Positions 59,004-64,000 of a stretch of 64,000 nucleotides of DNA are shown one piece after another (positions within the stretch are counted from its first letter, which is position 1; every line of letters begins with the position of its first letter). The DNA lies in contig OY821645.1 in NCBI GenBank assembly GCA_963682135.1, positions 1,600,001 through 1,664,000 on the forward strand, written 5' to 3'. The notes under the pieces are model-generated. The model did not search any database, was not told the DNA's origin, and saw only the letters and a program-made list of their open reading frames with translations. This DNA is from Methanothrix sp. (lineage in GTDB: Archaea > Halobacteriota > Methanosarcinia > Methanotrichales > Methanotrichaceae). Both the position numbers and the translations under genes were made by a program.

Positions 59004-60857
59004 TCAGAAAGTAGCTTCCAGGCTCCATTTGTTCAGCTTGCCTGTGTCTCTGCTTGCCAAATCCCTTATCTTGAGTGTCCATTTGCCCTTTATGGACTGG
59101 CCGAGAAGAGGGACAAGAGATGCCTTTGACTTGGAGTCATAACTCATCTTCAGATCCTTCTTGCCGATCCCGGTGCGGTTGTGCAGAATGGCTCTCTTAC
59201 CGCCTGGTGAGGTGAGTTCTACTCTCAGGTTGGAGATGTTATTATGGCTTATATCGACTTGCACCACCAGCTGCTTGACCTTGCCATCCTGATCGAGCAA
59301 TATTGTATTGGAAAGGCCCGTGGTGCTATTGTCCGGAATGGTTTCGCCGGATGTCGATGATCCTTTGGCCACGTGATCAGTCTTTTCTTGCCCAACCACA
59401 AATGTCACAGTACGGCCCGGCTCGCTGATATTTGATATCGTCAGCCCTGAATCCGATCCATCCCAAAGAATCGTAGAGGGTCTTGTGGCATGGCTGAGGG
59501 CAATTCCCACCATCTTGCCGAAGAGATCCTTTTCGTCTCCCATGCTGCGGTTGGTCTCCAGATCCAGGCTTCCGTCCGCCTGCAAGAGCCCGCACTGGTA
59601 ATGTTTAGTGGCAGACCCGCCCTGCCATTCATTTGAGCCCAGTGTGTCGCAGTGATAGACCGCCAGGCCGCTGGCGGGAATGGAGGCATCAAGGCCCAAC
59701 TTGGAGCGGTTTTCCACCAGGAAATATTCATTTATCTTACCGGTCTCATAAATTATAACTGAACCGTAATCGCCATGATCAACCTGATACTGGCCGGGCT
59801 TGCTCAGACGAACCGTCTTATCGCACCATCCGACAAGGTTGCGCAGGAAGGCGCATACCGGCGCAGGAGTTCTTCCATCATCGTTATGATTGCCGGCGCT
59901 CATGAGGCAGAAGTAGCCCAGGCCCGCGCTCTTCTCAAAGTCACCGTCCCGATTGCCATAATCGTAGAGGTCCGGCCAGCGGCATAGCATATGGCCGCTC
60001 TCATGGCAGAAGGTTCCGATGGAGAGATCCTCTTTGCTTCGGCCCATGCTGGAGAGCATATAAAAGTAGGTCTTCATATTTTTGTACTTGAGGTCTATGA
60101 TGTGGTTATGCGGCCACAGCTCTCCCAAGTATTGCGTTTGGCCGGCATAAAGGAAGCTCATGGCATCTACGGTTCCCACCCCTCGCGAATCGAACTTCTC
60201 CAGTTCCAGGCCACCTTTTACTGCCAGGTCAAGGGCCTCCTTGACGAGCAGGTTTTCCGTATAATATTGGCGGTTGCGGCTCAAGGTTATTGGCCCTACC
60301 ACCTCGTTGGTATAGTCCAGCTTGCCGCTGGACATGAGGCGGTAATACTCTCGCACCGAGCAGAAGTTGCCGTTCTCATGGTAGTCCTGGCCATTGAGCA
60401 GGGCGTCTACATCTTCCCTTGTGACGGTGCTCTTCACATCTGTAAACTGGACCAGCACAGTCAGACCCTTGATCGCGCCCTCGCTCACTCGCCTTCCTTC
60501 TAACAGTCCTTTTTCCGCCCCGAAGGTACGCAGATTAAGGCTGGGCTTGAAGGCGGACACAGGGGGATCCATCTTGGCATATCTTGCTTCAAACTTGCGG
60601 TTTCTAACCTCTTCGGATTCCTTGAAGTGGCGTCGGACAAGATCGGGCGGAATTTGGGATAGATCCACACCACTGGAGACGAACTCACCCGAGATCAGGA
60701 AGGCATAGCAGTACAGTCCATGGTCCTGGTCGTAGACCACGGAATAGCCGTCCATATTTTCATATCGGGAATAGAACTCATCACCGTAGACTCTGAGTTG
60801 CACCTCTGGACCCTTCTCTTGGGGGAAGGTCAGGAACTCTCCAAATATCGAACTCAT
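59004..60857 (-). CDS. M6 (immune inhibitor A) family metalloprotease with C-terminal P (proprotein convertase) domain
   Basis: GDEFY prodomain, HESGHMLCRWPDLYD, CLMSAG, EYFLVENR, IPDN...GKWTLKIRD...GKLNKWSL. Confidence 0.88.
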   Translation of the reverse strand: MSSIFGEFLTFPQEKGPEVQLRVYGDEFYSRYENMDGYSVVYDQDHGLYCYAFLISGEFVSSGVDLSQIPPDLVRRHFKESEEVRNRKFEARYAKMDPPVSAFKPSLNLRTFGAEKGLLEGRRVSEGAIKGLTVLVQFTDVKSTVTREDVDALLNGQDYHENGNFCSVREYYRLMSSGKLDYTNEVVGPITLSRNRQYYTENLLVKEALDLAVKGGLELEKFDSRGVGTVDAMSFLYAGQTQYLGELWPHNHIIDLKYKNMKTYFYMLSSMGRSKEDLSIGTFCHESGHMLCRWPDLYDYGNRDGDFEKSAGLGYFCLMSAGNHNDDGRTPAPVCAFLRNLVGWCDKTVRLSKPGQYQVDHGDYGSVIIYETGKINEYFLVENRSKLGLDASIPASGLAVYHCDTLGSNEWQGGSATKHYQCGLLQADGSLDLETNRSMGDEKDLFGKMVGIALSHATRPSTILWDGSDSGLTISNISEPGRTVTFVVGQEKTDHVAKGSSTSGETIPDNSTTGLSNTILLDQDGKVKQLVVQVDISHNNISNLRVELTSPGGKRAILHNRTGIGKKDLKMSYDSKSKASLVPLLGQSIKGKWTLKIRDLASRDTGKLNKWSLEATF

Positions 60858-60965
60858 GATAGATCAACCTCGCGGGTGCGCGCCGCAAGACGGCGCTCAG
60901 GGCAAGCTGTTGTCTGATGACTATTTAATTATTTTCTCTACTAAAAAAAGTTTCTTGATGGATGC

Positions 60966-62243
60966 TTACTTGCGTCCTATTCCCTTCTCCATGGCCTCTT
61001 TGGAAAGCCGGATGGCGCATAGCTCCGAGCACATGGTGCAGGTGTCCGTCTCCACGCCCCGTCGGTGACGAATCTGCTTTGCCCGGGCCGGATTTATGGC
61101 AGCATTGAACTGTCCGTTCCAATCCAGCTCGGCGCGGGCGCGGGCCATCTGCAAATCCCGCGCCCTGGCCTTCTCCCGTACGCCGGGACGGGTGAGGTCA
61201 GCTGCATGCGCAGCTACGCGGGTGACGTAGGTGCCCTCGATCACATCCTCAATGGTAGGCAGGTCCAGGTGCTCGGAGGGGGTGGTGGCGCAGAGGAAGT
61301 CGGCACCAGCCATGCCGGCAATCACTCCGCCCATGGCGGCGGTGATGTGGTCGTAGCCGGGCGCAATGTCCGTGACCAGCGGGCCCAACAAATAGAGGGG
61401 CGCGCCGTCCGTCAAATGCTTCATGGCCTTGACGCTGGTCTCGATCTCATCCGCAGGCACATGTCCCGGCCCCTCCACCATGGCCTGCACGCCTGCGGCA
61501 CGAGCTCTCTTCACCAGCTCGCCCAGCATGATGAATTCCATGTACTTGGCCCGGTCGGAGGCATCCTCAATGCAGCCTGGCCGAAGGCCATCGCCCAAAG
61601 AGAGCGTCAGATCATACTCTTTAGCTATTTCCAGGAGATAATCGTACTCGGAATAGTAGGGATTGTCCTCTCCGGTCTCACTGATGTATTTCATGGTCAA
61701 GGAGCCGCCCCGGCTGACCACGCCCATGACGCGCGGATCGAGGCGAAGCCTCTCCAGAGAATTCTTGTTGACGCCCACATGGACGGTGACGAAGTCCACG
61801 CCGTCTTTGGCATGCTTCTCCAGGGCGTTGAACATGCCCTGCGCCGTCAGATCCTTTTTGACGGCCGCATTGTAGATGGGCACCGATCCCACGGGAATGC
61901 TGACTGCATCTAAAATCATCCTTCGCACTGCGTCCAGATCCCCGCCCGTGGACAGGTCCATCACCGCGTCTGCGCCAGCAGTCGCCGCGGCGAGCGCCTT
62001 TTCCACTTCGCTCTGCGGAGAGTCCAGGTTTTGCGATGTGCCCACATTCACATTCACCTTGGTGGTAAGCTGCTCACCCACACCGATGGGCTCCAGCCTT
62101 TCCCGGCGGATGTTTCTGGGAATGACTGCCAGGCCCATTGCCACCAGATCGGCCAGCTTTGCCGGCTCTATTCCCTCGCGCTTGGCCACGGCCTCTATCT
62201 CAGTGGGCACACGGCCTCTCTTAGCCTCTTGCATCAACGTCAT
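60966..62243 (-). CDS. thiC: Phosphomethylpyrimidine synthase
   Basis: [49 protein letters not shown]; true start MTLMQEA. Confidence 0.93.
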   Translation of the reverse strand: MTLMQEAKRGRVPTEIEAVAKREGIEPAKLADLVAMGLAVIPRNIRRERLEPIGVGEQLTTKVNVNVGTSQNLDSPQSEVEKALAAATAGADAVMDLSTGGDLDAVRRMILDAVSIPVGSVPIYNAAVKKDLTAQGMFNALEKHAKDGVDFVTVHVGVNKNSLERLRLDPRVMGVVSRGGSLTMKYISETGEDNPYYSEYDYLLEIAKEYDLTLSLGDGLRPGCIEDASDRAKYMEFIMLGELVKRARAAGVQAMVEGPGHVPADEIETSVKAMKHLTDGAPLYLLGPLVTDIAPGYDHITAAMGGVIAGMAGADFLCATTPSEHLDLPTIEDVIEGTYVTRVAAHAADLTRPGVREKARARDLQMARARAELDWNGQFNAAINPARAKQIRHRRGVETDTCTMCSELCAIRLSKEAMEKGIGRK

Positions 62244-62297
62244 GAATACCAACTGATATATTGTAAGAACGGAATTCGCTTCGCAGGTGTTTATCTC

Positions 62298-62936
62298 ATG
62301 GTTGAAGTGCATAAGGTTAGCGGTGCGGCCTTTGATGGCAATGTCTACCTGATCCTGGACAAAAAGCCTATTTTGGTAGATGCAGGCATGATGGCCGGCC
62401 CGACCCTCAAAAATATCAAGAAATTTATTGATCCCACCAAGATCGAGATGATCGTTCTCACTCACTGCCACCACGACCACTCCGGTGCGGCTCCGGCGCT
62501 CCAGGAGGCCACCGGTGCGAAGCTCCTTCTGAGCGAAAGAGAAGTCGGGGCTGTAGGAGACGACATGGCATCCGTCGCCTATCTCTTCGGCCAGCAGGCC
62601 CCTAATTATAAGGTGGATGAGACGCTCAAGGAGGGCATGGTCCTGGATATCGGCGAATGGAAGCTGCGAGTAATGGAGACGCCCGGCCACTCCCAGGGCA
62701 GCCTCTGCCTCTACGAGGAGAAGGAAAAGGTGCTCTTCTCGGGAGACACCGTCTTTCCGGACGGCAACATCGGTAGGACGGATATGTACGGAGGCGACAC
62801 ACCGGAACTCGTCAAATCCATTGAGCGGCTGACCAAATTGGATGTGCAGACCATGTATCCCGGCCACATGGAGATCACCAGTCGCGATGTAAACCGCCAG
62901 ATACAGCTGAGCCTGAGGTTCGCGAATAGCATTTAG
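62298..62936 (+). CDS. MBL-fold metallo-hydrolase
   Basis: THCHHDH, TPGHS, SGD, PGH; AGGTG RBS before MVEVHK. Confidence 0.9.
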   Translation: MVEVHKVSGAAFDGNVYLILDKKPILVDAGMMAGPTLKNIKKFIDPTKIEMIVLTHCHHDHSGAAPALQEATGAKLLLSEREVGAVGDDMASVAYLFGQQAPNYKVDETLKEGMVLDIGEWKLRVMETPGHSQGSLCLYEEKEKVLFSGDTVFPDGNIGRTDMYGGDTPELVKSIERLTKLDVQTMYPGHMEITSRDVNRQIQLSLRFANSI

Positions 62937-63358
62937 AAGAAATGAAAACAGAGGTCGAGGCGGATGTGGGTGATGCGGCGTAACCTGTGAGTCCGGTGCT
63001 AAAATTAGCGGCAGTTTTGCCGGTGATTTGAGCAAGCCATGAGGTGCTCTCGCTCAAACACCAAAGGTCACATTTTTATAGTTTTGAGACATATATAGCT
63101 ATGGTGAAATAGACTATGTTCAAACTTATAAAGAAGATTATAAAAATAAAGCTATTCGTGATTGGCTTGCTGGCTCTCTGGTGGTTCCTGAAGAAGCATC
63201 ATTGTTCCGACAATGAGGACGAATAGGTATCATCAAGTACTCGCTCAATATAATGTGGATATTAATGTGAAGCCTCAAAGAAAATGCCACTGATTAGATA
63301 CGATACTATTGGTTGAGCAAAAGGTGCTCCTTTTATATTCCAGCAACAGACTATTTTT

Positions 63359-63574
63359 ATGGAAATCTGGCAGATAGTCGTGATCTGTATTCTCATGTTC
63401 CCGCTCTTTCTCATCGCCAACTACGTCGTCGTCAAGAAGGCGGCATCGGAGCGACGCAGTCGCGACGAAAGGATCGAGCGAGCAGTCTCCGACAGCGTGG
63501 CGGCCAGCTACGCAGACAAGGGGCTGGCCAGGCAGAGCTGGCCCAAGTACAGGGCGGAGAGGAAGAAAGAGTGA
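63359..63574 (+). CDS. Small single-TM membrane protein
   Basis: N-terminal hydrophobic helix followed by charged tail. Confidence 0.55.
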   Translation: MEIWQIVVICILMFPLFLIANYVVVKKAASERRSRDERIERAVSDSVAASYADKGLARQSWPKYRAERKKE

Positions 63575-63775
63575 GATTTTTCAATTGTAAAAGCTATCAT
63601 CTCATTTAGCGATCCATCTAATCCATACCGGGAACTGCTTTTCGACTTGAAGAAGCCAATTCGCGTCCCACAGGCGCGCATGCATTTCTGCCCGCGTTGC
63701 TCCCGGCCCGCCCAGGCGAGCTTGGCCGCACGCGCGCGGGGGAGCGCAGCCGGCCAGGTTCAACATTTCTTTATG

Positions 63776-64000
63776 CCTGACCTCCCCATTTTTTAGGCAC
63801 ACATATGAATGGCATCCAGAATTTGACGCTGTTTCTTAGTGATCTCGGTCGTGATTCTTTCTCCATCCGGCAAGACCATGATCTTGATTTTTTCGAGTTC
63901 AGTGAACAATCCCTCAACCGAGTATCTTTTATTCAGCTCGGCATCGATCATCATTCGCATGAGCTTCATCCTCAAGATCAGAGCAAGGAATGAAATGAAT
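63776..64000 (-). mobile_element. End of an IS1634-like insertion sequence (transposase C-terminus 63793-64000), cut by window edge
   Basis: FISFLALILRMKL...YSVEGLFTELEKI...TEITKKQRQIL...MCA*; probable terminus CCTGACCTCCCC at 63776. Confidence 0.7.

Noticed and set aside
62244-62297. TPP riboswitch before thiC
   Set aside because: Only 54 bp of divergent spacer and no TPP consensus.
62244-63035. 264-aa N-terminal extension of ThiC in the ORF track
   Set aside because: It is the antisense frame of the MBL hydrolase; ThiC homology starts at MTLMQEA (62243).

Overview
Archaeal chromosomal segment, most likely from a Methanothrix (Methanosaeta)-like methanogen. This is inferred from S8e, Kae1, Elp3, Tyw1, gatCAB, CCA-less tRNAs, the box C/D intron in tRNA-Trp, a PGF-CTERM protein and pentapeptide membrane proteins. 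Most of the window is housekeeping: nadE, kae1, purD, glnA, nfo, tyw1, hisG, elp3, rps8e, nth, DEAD-box helicase, hcp, gatCAB and thiC. It also holds 5 tRNAs, a complete IS481-family element with a 16-bp target duplication, the end of an IS1634-like element and several pseudogenes. The most striking region is a ~6.1-kb element integrated in the 3' end of tRNA-Glu(CTC), with an att repeat at 30105-30119 and 36195-36209. It carries an inactivated tyrosine recombinase, a small upstream partner gene, a stand-alone arm-type DNA-binding protein and three defence-like cargo genes (AlbA_2/RecG-C, DUF5677-like, AbiGi-like). The cargo genes are separated by diverged copies of the integrase's own 3' end, giving an integron-like array. 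A second candidate system is a membrane-anchored HTH regulator encoded near a soluble paralogue of its extracellular domain and several small secreted proteins. A bipartite GTTCGTTCGG-N14-ATCGTTCC motif found there recurs upstream of a MacB-type ABC cluster 37 kb away. All family assignments come from motif recognition by eye, not database searches.
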